DNA from: Candidatus Poseidoniaceae archaeon
Lineage (GTDB): Archaea > Thermoplasmatota > Poseidoniia > Poseidoniales > Poseidoniaceae
Assembly: GCA_943789275.1 (NCBI GenBank)
Contig: CALSTM010000002.1
Coordinates: 360,001 to 392,000, forward strand
Reading direction: 5' to 3'
DNA: 32,000 bases
Within the stretch, counting starts at the first letter, position 1; every line of letters starts with the position of its first letter. This document shows, piece after piece, positions 10,076 to 19,201 of the stretch. The position numbers were made by a program, and so were the translations under genes. The notes under the pieces were generated by a model that searched no databases, was not told where the DNA came from, and worked only from the letters and a program-made list of their open reading frames with translations.

Positions 10076-11815
10076 TCAGTTTTCCTCCACCGTTTCGGCG
10101 ATTTCATCGGTCATTTTCTTGACCATTCCATCGATAATGTCGATGTATCCCTTCTCGAAACGACCACGCATGAGGTCGGAACGAGCTGGAACGTTGACAA
10201 CATCGTTGAGTAGAGCACCGCCTGCCATAGCAGACTTTGCAGCTTCTTGGAACGATAGGATTGCTTTGGCCATTTGGTATTGAAGGTGAATGTCACAGTA
10301 AGCATCGACTTCGTGGAATCCATTTTGTTGCAAAAAGAATTCACGAATCATTCGAGCGACTTCAAGAGTCAGTTGTTGGTCGGTTGGTAGAGCATCCGAA
10401 CCGACCAATTGGACAATTTCTTGCAACTCAGATTCAATCTGAAGCAAACCGCTGATTTGAGTTCGGATTTCAGGGAAATCTTGAGCAATGTTGTCGCGGA
10501 ACCATTGATCCAGACTTTGCGGATACAATGAGTACGAGTTCAGCCAGTTGATCGCAGGGAAGTGCCGTTGTCGGGCAAGACCAGCATCCAATCCCCAGAA
10601 AACCTTGACAATACGAAGTGTTCCTTGGGATACAGGTTCAGAAATATCTCCACCGGGTGGAGAAACAGCGCCAATCACAGTGACTGAGCCGTCATCGCCG
10701 TTCAAAGTCTCGACACGGCCGGCACGTTCATAGAACTCAGCAATTCGAGATGAAAGGTAAGCAGGATATCCTTCTTCACCAGGCATTTCTTCAAGTCGAG
10801 ACGAAATTTCACGCATTGCTTCAGCCCAGCGAGAGGTCGAGTCAGCCATCAAAGCAACGTCATAACCCATATCTCGGAAGTATTCCGCAATGGTAATTCC
10901 TGTGTACACAGATGCTTCACGAGCTGCAACAGGCATGTTTGAGGTGTTTGCAATCATGACGGTTCGTTCCATCAAAGGCTTGCCAGTGTTCGGGTCAATC
11001 AAGTGAGGGAATTCGTCCAAAACTTCGGTCATTTCGTTTCCACGCTCACCGCATCCAATGTAAACAACGAGTTGTGCATCGGAATACTTTGCCAAAGACT
11101 GTTGAGTAACTGTCTTTCCAGAACCGAACGGTCCAGGAATACCTGCTGCACCACCCTTAGCAAGAGGGAACAAGAAATCAAGAATTCGCATTCCGGTAAT
11201 GAGAGGTGTTTCTGGTGCGTACTTCTGTTGGAAAGGTCGAGGGGTACGGACTGGCCACTTCTGCATCATCTGCATTTCAGTGCCGTTATCGAGCACACAG
11301 ACGGTTTGAGTGACGTTGAAGTCACCTGATTCAATCGATTTCACAACACCACTGACGGTAGGAGGTACCATGATTTTGTGAACGATTGTTTCGGTTTCTT
11401 GGACGTGCCCAATAACTTGGCCACCGACGACGGAGTCGCCAACTGCGACTTGAGGTTCAAAAGTCCAAATCTTTTCGAGGTCGAATGCATCTGCGTCAAC
11501 ACCACGGGTGATGAAAACGCCCATTTCCTCTTCCAGAGTAGGGAGAGGTCGCTGAATACCGTCGTAAATTTGAGTCAAGAGACCGGGTCCCAAAGAAACT
11601 GAAAGTGTTTCTTGAGTGTTCAACACAGGTTCACCCGGTCGAATACCAGAGGTATCTTCGTACACTTGGATGACGGCTTTGTCGCCGTGCAGTTCAATCA
11701 CTTCACCCATCAAACCTTCTTCGCCCACGCGAACAACGTCGTACATTGCAGCTTTCATTCCAGTTGCGGTTACAACCGGCCCCGATATTCGGTAAATTAC
11801 TCCTTCATTACTCAT
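10076..11815 (-). CDS. atpA: A-type ATP synthase catalytic subunit A
   Basis: Walker [41 protein letters not shown], and the A-subunit-specific non-homologous region. I chose the ATG at 11815 (GGAGG 8 nt upstream); the track start is 11830. Normal length, no intein. Confidence 0.95.
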   Translation of the reverse strand: MSNEGVIYRISGPVVTATGMKAAMYDVVRVGEEGLMGEVIELHGDKAVIQVYEDTSGIRPGEPVLNTQETLSVSLGPGLLTQIYDGIQRPLPTLEEEMGVFITRGVDADAFDLEKIWTFEPQVAVGDSVVGGQVIGHVQETETIVHKIMVPPTVSGVVKSIESGDFNVTQTVCVLDNGTEMQMMQKWPVRTPRPFQQKYAPETPLITGMRILDFLFPLAKGGAAGIPGPFGSGKTVTQQSLAKYSDAQLVVYIGCGERGNEMTEVLDEFPHLIDPNTGKPLMERTVMIANTSNMPVAAREASVYTGITIAEYFRDMGYDVALMADSTSRWAEAMREISSRLEEMPGEEGYPAYLSSRIAEFYERAGRVETLNGDDGSVTVIGAVSPPGGDISEPVSQGTLRIVKVFWGLDAGLARQRHFPAINWLNSYSLYPQSLDQWFRDNIAQDFPEIRTQISGLLQIESELQEIVQLVGSDALPTDQQLTLEVARMIREFFLQQNGFHEVDAYCDIHLQYQMAKAILSFQEAAKSAMAGGALLNDVVNVPARSDLMRGRFEKGYIDIIDGMVKKMTDEIAETVEEN

Positions 11816-11843
11816 TTTTATTTCCTCCATTTGGTTTGGAATC

Positions 11844-12143
11844 TTACTTCCACAGGTCGACTCCTATTGCCTTACGAATTGTGTCACGCAAGGTGGTGTC
11901 TTCTTCCGTACCGATGCCAAGAACGGTAGGAGAGACGGATGCCGAGAGTTGGTCACGAAGACGCTCCGGCAGCGTTGATAGGATTGTGGAGTCGACCACA
12001 ACAATCCCAACGCTCTTTGAATTGAGTAGAGATTTGAAGACAGAGATCATTGCCTCTTCGCCTTCGGGGTTAAACAGGGTATCAATACCAGCAAGTTGGA
12101 ATCCAAGGGTGAATTCTGGTGTTCCTACGATTGCGATATCCAT
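11844..12143 (-). CDS. atpF: A-type ATP synthase subunit F
   Basis: 99 aa, [20 protein letters not shown]...; typical AtpF size, sequence and operon position. Confidence 0.9.
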   Translation of the reverse strand: MDIAIVGTPEFTLGFQLAGIDTLFNPEGEEAMISVFKSLLNSKSVGIVVVDSTILSTLPERLRDQLSASVSPTVLGIGTEEDTTLRDTIRKAIGVDLWK

Positions 12144-12153
12144 TTATTTCACC

Positions 12154-13197
12154 TCACAGTATGTGTGCCTCGATGACTTCGTTCGATAGACCTGCCAAGC
12201 GGCCACGGACAATAAAGCGCAGGTCATTCACTTCTTGGACCTTCATGGCCACGTAATGAATAACCGGTAGTGCAGAGACTGGGTGGAGATAGCTCATGCG
12301 CTTCATGATGTTGTGTTCACGTTCTTTGAACCAAGTAACGACTGGGTCAAGACTGTTCATTTCTTTCGACTGGGAGAGGACTGCTTCAAATGCTGGGAAA
12401 TCAAAACGGTTTGAGCCACGTAGTAAATCCATAGCAGCATCACTGCCGCCAGCCGCAATCGAAGAGAATGCTCGTGTAGGTATTAATCGTCCACCTGGAA
12501 TCAACAAAGGTACAACATCATCAGTCGAGATGCCAACGTGTTGAGCCTCAAGTATGTTCATGAGGTTACGGTGGTCGATTTCAGCACCAATCAGTTCCTT
12601 GAGGAAACGGTTCACTGGGCCTTTTCCTTCAATGGACTTCAAAGCCTGTTTGAAGTAATGACGATCAAGAGCATCTTCATAGTCACTTAATCGCCCATCT
12701 TCTGAAACGGCGTTCAAGTCGGAACCAAAGGATTTGCGACGCATCTGAACGACTGCAGAGCGCAAATCATCAGCGTTTTCAATAATTTTCAACCATGGAG
12801 TGTTGATGTCATTTAATTCGGGAAGAATCGAATGAGCAACTTTTTCCAATTCCACTTCGTTAACAACCGAACGTAGGACAACTTTGGCGTTGTAGTACTC
12901 AAATCTTGAAGTGTATGTCTCGACAATACCCCGGATTTTACCATTACACAGCGAAAGCATCTTTTCAAGTTCGTGCTCTAAGTTGTGAGTGAGGGCTGCT
13001 TCAACCAAATCTCCGCCTTTCATTTGACCTGCGTACAAGTCAATTTCTGTACGGTAACCGATTTCTCCGACTGCAACAGTCAGTTGTTCGGGTGATTGGC
13101 TGATCAGTTGGCGTAGCCTGGCACGGTCCGCGAGTTTCTGCCGACGTGATTTCGCACGGGCAGCAACATAAGGTGTGTTTCCAAGCATTACCATCAT
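12154..13197 (-). CDS. atpC: A-type ATP synthase subunit C (V-type d homolog)
   Basis: 347 aa and helical, N-terminus YVAARAKSRRQKL..; its position between atpE and atpF matches archaeal operons. Confidence 0.85.
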   Translation of the reverse strand: MMVMLGNTPYVAARAKSRRQKLADRARLRQLISQSPEQLTVAVGEIGYRTEIDLYAGQMKGGDLVEAALTHNLEHELEKMLSLCNGKIRGIVETYTSRFEYYNAKVVLRSVVNEVELEKVAHSILPELNDINTPWLKIIENADDLRSAVVQMRRKSFGSDLNAVSEDGRLSDYEDALDRHYFKQALKSIEGKGPVNRFLKELIGAEIDHRNLMNILEAQHVGISTDDVVPLLIPGGRLIPTRAFSSIAAGGSDAAMDLLRGSNRFDFPAFEAVLSQSKEMNSLDPVVTWFKEREHNIMKRMSYLHPVSALPVIHYVAMKVQEVNDLRFIVRGRLAGLSNEVIEAHIL

Positions 13198-13203
13198 TAT
13201 CCC

Positions 13204-13767
13204 TCAGTCAAAAAGTATTGAATTTATTTCAGCGAGTTGATCGTTCCAAGAAGATTCAAGGAGCGTATCAAAGCGCATGTCGTACGATACCGAACCATCT
13301 GGTGATTCAAGTACAAAGCCACCGAGTCCGTCAATAGCGTCACCAACCTTTCGCTTCCCAGAAAGTTCTGAGAGTGCTTTGCGGTCAACTTCGACTGGAC
13401 GGATCGAGTAGTCATCGCCACCAATCTTGTCTGCCTTGGCCATCAAGGACTTGAGCAAACTTGCTCGTCCAGAGAGTTTGGGGCTTCCAAGTGTATCGCT
13501 GGCCGATTGCAAGGTCTCATCGAGAACCTTGCGCCGAGCAACGAGTATTTCTTTTTGGTTCGCTTGGCGAGCGCTGGCAACGACTTCACGGGCAATTTGA
13601 CTTGCTTCACGTTCAGTTCGAGCTGATGCTTCCGAGCGAATGGCGTCAGACTTCGAGGTTGCTTCGGCAAGAATTGCCTTGGCTTCCTCATTGGCTGCTT
13701 TGACCATAGCCGAGGCCTCAGCCTCAGCAGATTTTGCGATATCCTTTGCGAGTGTTTCAAGCGTCAT
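13204..13767 (-). CDS. atpE: A-type ATP synthase subunit E (peripheral stalk)
   Basis: 187 aa with a long A/E/K-rich N-terminal helix and a globular C-terminal domain (GGFVLESPDGSVSYDMRFDTLL). Confidence 0.88.
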   Translation of the reverse strand: MTLETLAKDIAKSAEAEASAMVKAANEEAKAILAEATSKSDAIRSEASARTEREASQIAREVVASARQANQKEILVARRKVLDETLQSASDTLGSPKLSGRASLLKSLMAKADKIGGDDYSIRPVEVDRKALSELSGKRKVGDAIDGLGGFVLESPDGSVSYDMRFDTLLESSWNDQLAEINSILFD

Positions 13768-13830
13768 ATGTATTCCTCTTTGTGTTTATTTTTCACTTAC
13801 TGGGTTGCCCCAGAATTGTTGCCTTCTTCC

Positions 13831-14142
13831 TCACAGGAAGAGAGGCAATGCACCGAGAATCACGATGGATTCCGGCAACGCAGTGAAAATGAGTGCAACA
13901 CCGAATTTGCTTCCGTCTTCAGCAAGCATGCCGACAGCTGCGCTGCCAATGGCTGCTTGAGAGAGACCTGCACCAATAGCTGCAAGTCCTAGGGCAATTC
14001 CAGCGCCGATAGCAGCGTAGCCCGATCCGTCGGATTGGGTTAGTTCTGCATCTTCAGCTGCTGCGACACCTTGAGCAACCATGGTGATGGCTGCCAAAAG
14101 GATCAATGTTCTTAGGCTCATTTTTAGGGTATTTACGTTCAT
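13831..14142 (-). CDS. atpK: A-type ATP synthase proteolipid subunit K (c), two-helix type with an N-terminal signal-peptide-like extension
   Basis: A G/A-rich hairpin AAIGAGIALGLAAIGAGLSQAAIGSAAVGMLAE plus FGVALIFTALPESIVILGALPLFL with a carboxylate E in helix 2. About 30 residues precede it (MSLRTLILLAAITMVAQGVAAAEDAEL). Confidence 0.88.
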   Translation of the reverse strand: MNVNTLKMSLRTLILLAAITMVAQGVAAAEDAELTQSDGSGYAAIGAGIALGLAAIGAGLSQAAIGSAAVGMLAEDGSKFGVALIFTALPESIVILGALPLFL

Positions 14143-14172
14143 ATTTACTACCTCCGTTTTTTGTCCGTTGGA

Positions 14173-16527
14173 CTATGATTTATTCTCCACATGGAGATTA
14201 CGGCCACCGAGCGGTGCAAAAGCACGGCCGGACCCGTCGTAGAATTTGCCCATCCATTCCACAAAGTGGAGACGGGCAGCGTGAATCGTTGGGGAAAGAA
14301 TTCCCAGTGCGATTGCAAACACTTGAATGAAGAGGAACAAGACCAAGCAGAGCAGTCCAACAAGAATACCGGAGATTCCACCGCTTGTGAATGCGTCAAC
14401 CATTGGCTCAAAGCCCATAGTGATGGACACTTCTGCAATTTTAACGCCGGCAACACCGACTGCCATGATACGCAGATAAGAGAGTGTGTTGGCAAGCAAT
14501 CCAAATGTTTCGATTGGGCCCATGATGAGGCCGCCTGCCCATCCGAACTTCTCGAAGATAGCCAAACCGATGATGAGGCTGATTATGCCAACAATGAGCA
14601 GGACCGTCCATATTTGGAAGTCGAACAAATCATTGTAACCTGAAACCATGTTTCGGCACTGCATGAAACCGCCGATAAGGATGAGGAGCCAAGAGCCCTT
14701 TTCGAAGTATGCTGCTGCTGCACCGTGTGCCTTGTAGACGTTGATCAAGCCGAGCATGTATCCGATGAAGATGTGAATTGCACCAAGGTAGATTGAGAGG
14801 ATGACATATTCTTGCAATCCGTGCCCTGCAGATGCTCGGTGGAACGGCATGTGAAGGCCTCCAAGGTTGAGCAGGTCTGCAAGTGCCTTTGGAACGTGGA
14901 CGTTGTGATAGGTCCAGTCATAGAAGGCAAAGAAAGGTGAATCAGCGCCCATTTGCCCTGTTTCGTCCCAAACGAAACCAAAACCTTCGGCGAAAATGAT
15001 ACCCCAAATGACACACCATACGCCCATCCAACGAAGGATAGTAAGTCCTTTTTGTGCCATTGGGTCAACGGCAAATGCCTTACTGCCGAGCCATCCAGCG
15101 AGGAGAAGAAGAACAATTCCATATCCCCAATCTCCCAAAATCATTCCGTAAATGAATGGGAAGGTCATCATAATGAGCGTCGTTGGGTCAAACGTGCCGT
15201 ACTTCGGGCGTCCGACCAAATCAACCATCAGTTCGAACGGTTCAGAAGTTGAGCCGTTCGTGTACTGGATAGGTGGCTCGATGTCGTGGCCTCCGTCATC
15301 GTGAGCAGGAGCGTTACGAATACGCGTCAATGTAATGTCGAGTTCTGGGAGATTGATTTTCCCGTCACCGTCGAGGTCAACAGCCGAAACGAGTTTACCC
15401 ATTTCCCATGGAGGGAGATTTGCGATGTTTGCGTTCTTGAGCGCCGTTTGGAACTCATAGCAGTCAATAAGCCCGGAGTCATCCAAGTCTATCGCATTGA
15501 AAAATTGGAACACAGTCTGATTTGACTTGTTCAAATAGTTCGAGAGCATCATGAGTTCTTCGGGGTCCGAAGAGCCGACGTCTTCATGTTCACCGTGGTC
15601 GTGATGATGATGGCCACCTTCGTAGGCTTCAACGGTGACGTGAGAGGCAACCTTTGCGAGTTCAGCCTCGACCATAGATGCCTGGTCGGTTGGGACCCAT
15701 CCGTCAAGAGCAAATGCCTGGTTACTGACCGCAACCAATGTTGGTGCTGTAAAAACGGCAGCCTCACGAGTAAGGTATTCTTTGGCAGCGACCAGCTTCC
15801 GCCCGTTTCGAAGCGTCCATGCATCAAGTGCAGACTGTGTGTCCGTGATTTTCGATTCCAAGAGAGAAATTTCTGAGAGGAGTTTTTTCGACATCTCAGC
15901 AGGTGAGCCCTCTCCGGAAGGGATTTGAACTGGTTTCGAGCCCAACTCTGCCATGCAGATTTGAACTTCAGCGGAGTGTTCTGAACGGCATGCAACGGCG
16001 ACAAGTCCACCAGCAGCATGCAGTTCAATCTCGCTAAGAATGTCCGCAAAAACTTCCTTTGCCTTCGAAGCACGACGAGTTTCACCTACGAATACTTCGA
16101 GACCTTCGTATCCTGCCATCAATTCGAGAGGTATGTCCAAAGGAGCGAGACGATCCAAAACTTGGAATTGCTCTTCGGAGGATGAAATTTGGGCTTCAGC
16201 ATCACGGATGGTATCGATGTATTCGAGGGCTGTAGTAATTTTCTCCTCAAAACCAGCAATCATCTTAGCCACTTCCTTGTGAGGCATTGGCCCATCGGAG
16301 TTTACGGCCTGAACGGCCGAAGAAACTGCTTGCACCTTGACAAGTAGGCTGCTGATTGCGTTGGCTTCATCGGAACTCATCGAAGAACCGACGCCGATGC
16401 CGTCTTCAAATCGCCCATACTCTTCAATGTGGATGCACGAAAGGTCGGTGCAAAGGCGGAGAATTTCTTCGAGCTTCTCTACAGGAGCCGCTACTGTAAG
16501 ACGGGACATGTCAGAAGTAGCAAACAT
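14173..16527 (-). CDS. atpI: A-type ATP synthase subunit I (stator a-subunit) carrying a His-rich plus double EF-hand insertion
   Basis: 784 aa. The N-terminal cytoplasmic domain is followed by PFELMVDLVGRPKYGTFDPT and a multi-TM C-terminal domain with LSYLRIMAVGVAG (conserved Arg helix). The insert at aa ~304-417 contains GGHHHHDHGEHED, DLDDSGLIDCYE and DLDGDGKINLPE. Confidence 0.92.
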   Translation of the reverse strand: MFATSDMSRLTVAAPVEKLEEILRLCTDLSCIHIEEYGRFEDGIGVGSSMSSDEANAISSLLVKVQAVSSAVQAVNSDGPMPHKEVAKMIAGFEEKITTALEYIDTIRDAEAQISSSEEQFQVLDRLAPLDIPLELMAGYEGLEVFVGETRRASKAKEVFADILSEIELHAAGGLVAVACRSEHSAEVQICMAELGSKPVQIPSGEGSPAEMSKKLLSEISLLESKITDTQSALDAWTLRNGRKLVAAKEYLTREAAVFTAPTLVAVSNQAFALDGWVPTDQASMVEAELAKVASHVTVEAYEGGHHHHDHGEHEDVGSSDPEELMMLSNYLNKSNQTVFQFFNAIDLDDSGLIDCYEFQTALKNANIANLPPWEMGKLVSAVDLDGDGKINLPELDITLTRIRNAPAHDDGGHDIEPPIQYTNGSTSEPFELMVDLVGRPKYGTFDPTTLIMMTFPFIYGMILGDWGYGIVLLLLAGWLGSKAFAVDPMAQKGLTILRWMGVWCVIWGIIFAEGFGFVWDETGQMGADSPFFAFYDWTYHNVHVPKALADLLNLGGLHMPFHRASAGHGLQEYVILSIYLGAIHIFIGYMLGLINVYKAHGAAAAYFEKGSWLLILIGGFMQCRNMVSGYNDLFDFQIWTVLLIVGIISLIIGLAIFEKFGWAGGLIMGPIETFGLLANTLSYLRIMAVGVAGVKIAEVSITMGFEPMVDAFTSGGISGILVGLLCLVLFLFIQVFAIALGILSPTIHAARLHFVEWMGKFYDGSGRAFAPLGGRNLHVENKS

Positions 16528-16537
16528 TGGGAACGCC

Positions 16538-16909
16538 TCACTTTGAAGTTACTGAATCAAGTAGACTCTTGACTGCTTTTTCTTTTCGACTGGATGCAGA
16601 CGATTCAATGCTTTCGACAATCGATGCACCGTCTTTGAGGACTGCATCTGCTTCTTTGCCTGCTTTTGAGCGAGCTGCATCGAGTGTAGCCTGAGTTTCG
16701 CTTACTGAATCTTCAGTAGCGCCAGTAACAAGTGCTGCGGCCTCACGTCGGGCATCGGCAGTGATTTTGTTGGACTCTGTTTGAGCGGAAGAAAGTCGCT
16801 TTTCAGCAGACTGCTCAGCTTCTTTGATTTTTCGGAGGACATCTTTCATACCCAAGTAAATCACCAGTGTTCCGCCGAATAGAAAGAGGTTTATGAGGCT
16901 AATGGGCAT
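16538..16909 (-). CDS. atpH: A-type ATP synthase subunit H (peripheral stalk), possibly with an N-terminal hydrophobic helix
   Basis: MKDVLRKIKEAEQSAEKRLSSAQTES... is a typical AtpH helix and starts at internal Met21 (16849). The open frame continues upstream to ATG 16909, adding MPISLINLFLFGGTLVIYLG. The start is ambiguous. Confidence 0.8.
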   Translation of the reverse strand: MPISLINLFLFGGTLVIYLGMKDVLRKIKEAEQSAEKRLSSAQTESNKITADARREAAALVTGATEDSVSETQATLDAARSKAGKEADAVLKDGASIVESIESSASSRKEKAVKSLLDSVTSK

Positions 16910-16940
16910 TAAGAATGGAGTTCTCGGAGCAAGAACGCCT

Positions 16941-17690
16941 TTATTCGGCCTTAGGCTTTGTAGCCCTGAAGCGAGTTGACATCATGAATGGGAGCAAAAG
17001 TCGACCCTGAACATCGTCAAAACCAACGTCCTTCATCATGGCACGATAGTAGCCGTTCGTACCGTATTGAGTGTATGTGTTCGCTAGGCCTTTCCAGGGA
17101 TGATTTTTCTCCTTGGTCACATACCTGGCAATCCATTGAACAACAGTTGCCATCCAAATGCGACCACCAAGGCCATGGAACCAATTGGCTTTACCGGCAT
17201 CGCAAATGACCAAACGCCCGCCGGGTTTTAGAACGCGATAAATCTCACCTAATCCCTTTTTCTTGTCCTGGAAATCGCGGAAAGAAAAGAGACAGAACAC
17301 CATATCAAATGTATTGTCTTCCAAAGGTATTGATTCTGCAATTGCTTCGACGTATTGAGCCGGTGACTCGCCGCGTGATTCTCGAGCGGAATCGACGCGC
17401 TTTTTGGCTACCTTAAGCATCTCAGCAGAGGGGTCAAGGCACGTCACATCAAGCCCAACAAGGTCTTCTGCAAAGGAACCTGGACCGCATCCGACTTCGA
17501 GGATTTTCATCCCTGGAGTGGCGTGATTGCGTACATTACGCCTCCATCTTTTGTCTTGGCCGAAGGTCATTAATCGGTTCACTCGATCGTAATTAGGAAT
17601 GGTTTCTTCAAGTTGTAACTCAAGTTTTTCCCATGCATCGATATCGATGCCGGAAGGATCGTAACCACCTGTAGCTGAACGGTCGCCCAT
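16941..17690 (-). CDS. ubiE: UbiE/MenG (COQ5)-family SAM-dependent quinone C-methyltransferase
   Basis: YDRVNRLMTFGQDKRWRRNV (compare the UbiE YDxMNDxxSFGxHRxWK motif), SAM motif I ILEVGCGPGSF, and LKPGGRLVICD. Confidence 0.75.
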   Translation of the reverse strand: MGDRSATGGYDPSGIDIDAWEKLELQLEETIPNYDRVNRLMTFGQDKRWRRNVRNHATPGMKILEVGCGPGSFAEDLVGLDVTCLDPSAEMLKVAKKRVDSARESRGESPAQYVEAIAESIPLEDNTFDMVFCLFSFRDFQDKKKGLGEIYRVLKPGGRLVICDAGKANWFHGLGGRIWMATVVQWIARYVTKEKNHPWKGLANTYTQYGTNGYYRAMMKDVGFDDVQGRLLLPFMMSTRFRATKPKAE

Positions 17691-17775
17691 GGCCGTTCCT
17701 CACGCCCGACCTCTTTGGATATGTCGCCCTGAACAGACCGGGAAAGGAACCCGAAAAGAGGTCGTAAAAACGCTC

Positions 17776-18579
17776 TCAAGCGATACGTTCGACGGTCTCT
17801 GGAGTGATTCCTTCTTCGGGAGTCACACGGAACACGAGAATTTTGAGATTCTCTGGAGCGTTTCGGAATTTCGATACAATCATCGAGGTTTCAAAGTCCG
17901 TACCGATGGTTCGGACTTGGAACGAGAGAACCATATCAGCAATCGATGCGAGTTCTTGTTTGACCGTGGGGTCAAGACCGTTGGTTGAAACAGAGACAAG
18001 AAGCAATCCTCGATTCAACTGTGCATGCGCTTGCAGCATACGGACCATAGCGATAACTCGCGCTGGATCTTCACGTTGCAAGAAGAAATCGAGACTGTCA
18101 ATAACGGCTCTAAAGTAAGGTCCCAGAGCCATGATTTCATTGGTGACTTCGGTAAGATAGTCCTGCGTGTTGTCATCAACGAAACGTGTCTGAGCAAGCC
18201 GGCGGATATCGTCAAGACGGAACCCTTCCAAACGATATCGGCTGGCAAGAAGCTCTCGCTCAAGGACGGTCGAATTGTATTCTTCCCCAATGGTGCGGAC
18301 GTTGATGTCAAGCGGCCAGTCGTATTTTTGGAAGATACGAATGATTTCTTGTTGACCTTCATTGGTCGAGATGTAGATGGTGTTTTCTGCTTCTTCAGCA
18401 GGAGATGTAAACTGTTTAGCAAACAATTCGCTGCCAGAACCGGTATCGGTAAAGGCTACCATCATGAATCCACGCGGAACTCCTCCGTGCATTTCATTGT
18501 CGAACTTCGGGACACCAAAGGAGCCAACTTTACCGAAGAACTCTTCGTCTTCTGGGTCGAATTCAATTTTTCTTGCCAT
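17776..18579 (-). CDS. KaiC/RecA-fold paralog with a degenerate Walker A (predicted non-catalytic)
   Basis: FGVPKFDNEMHGGVPRGFMMVAFTDTGSGSELFAKQF aligns by eye to the KaiC-like gene at 19198..19995, but GSGKT is replaced by GSGSE. A Walker-B-like RAVIDSLDFF and the C-terminal ADMVLSF...SKFRN block are retained. Confidence 0.7.
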   Translation of the reverse strand: MARKIEFDPEDEEFFGKVGSFGVPKFDNEMHGGVPRGFMMVAFTDTGSGSELFAKQFTSPAEEAENTIYISTNEGQQEIIRIFQKYDWPLDINVRTIGEEYNSTVLERELLASRYRLEGFRLDDIRRLAQTRFVDDNTQDYLTEVTNEIMALGPYFRAVIDSLDFFLQREDPARVIAMVRMLQAHAQLNRGLLLVSVSTNGLDPTVKQELASIADMVLSFQVRTIGTDFETSMIVSKFRNAPENLKILVFRVTPEEGITPETVERIA

Positions 18580-18589
18580 AACAATAACC

Positions 18590-19201
18590 TCAGTTGATGA
18601 GTACTTGACCTCGGTCGATTAGATCTGTACAGTAAAGATCAAGATTCGCCAACACAAGCGGTGGAGTTTGGTCCGGTACATTGAGAATTACCGACAGAAC
18701 TTCTCTCTGTCTGAAGGTGTTAATGAAGGTATGAAGATATTCCGCAAGCATCCGGTCATCGTTGTAAATTGCGAGGGCATTGACGCTGTCCAAGAACACG
18801 AAATTGCGAGCAGAGGTGGTCATTCGAAGGATATACAAGGTTCGTAAAAGTACGGATTCAAGCATAATCGGACTGTCGACGAAGTGGATGTTGGTGTAGG
18901 CAACATCGGTACCTCCAAGAATACCGGAGGAGACTAAATCCACGAATTGGATGCGAGAAATATCCTCATCAGTTAGACCAATGGCTTTGAATTCTTCAAT
19001 TCGTTCAGCAGCGCCGACACTGGCGCAAATGTATACGCCACCCATCTCAAACATCTGCATCAAAGGAATAAGAGTACTCGCAGTGACGTTGAATGCGTTG
19101 GAATTGCCGCATCGGACTTGGATGGAACTGTTGAGGCTAACATCCGCTGCAAGTTGCTCAGCAATGCGGTCATCGAGTACGAGATTCGTGTACATTATCA
19201 T
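18590..19201 (-). CDS. Short RecA/KaiC-fold-like protein lacking a P-loop
   Basis: 203 aa. LDDRIAEQLAADVSLNSSIQVRCGNSNAFNVT sits where KaiC-like proteins have LD..L.GG...GS..L..G..GSGKT. A Walker-B-like NFVFLDSVNALAIY is present. Its start overlaps the upstream gene's stop by 4 bp (ATGA). Confidence 0.55.
   Translation of the reverse strand: MIMYTNLVLDDRIAEQLAADVSLNSSIQVRCGNSNAFNVTASTLIPLMQMFEMGGVYICASVGAAERIEEFKAIGLTDEDISRIQFVDLVSSGILGGTDVAYTNIHFVDSPIMLESVLLRTLYILRMTTSARNFVFLDSVNALAIYNDDRMLAEYLHTFINTFRQREVLSVILNVPDQTPPLVLANLDLYCTDLIDRGQVLIN

Noticed and set aside
7991-10213. Antisense ORFs opposite atpD, atpB and atpA (7991..8476 +, 8579..8971 +, 9590..10213 +)
   Set aside because: They are S/R-rich translations mirroring highly conserved genes on the other strand, i.e. 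typical shadow ORFs.
10076-11830. Possible intein or split in the catalytic A subunit, as occurs in some archaeal atpA genes
   Set aside because: The length (about 579-584 aa) and the contiguous conserved motifs leave no room for an intein.
14191-16085. Several 80-180-aa ORFs on both strands inside atpI (e.g. 14191..14643 +, 14745..15122 -, 15549..16085 -)
   Set aside because: They lie entirely within a well-supported 784-aa ATP synthase subunit. Their translations have odd composition and no recognisable motifs.
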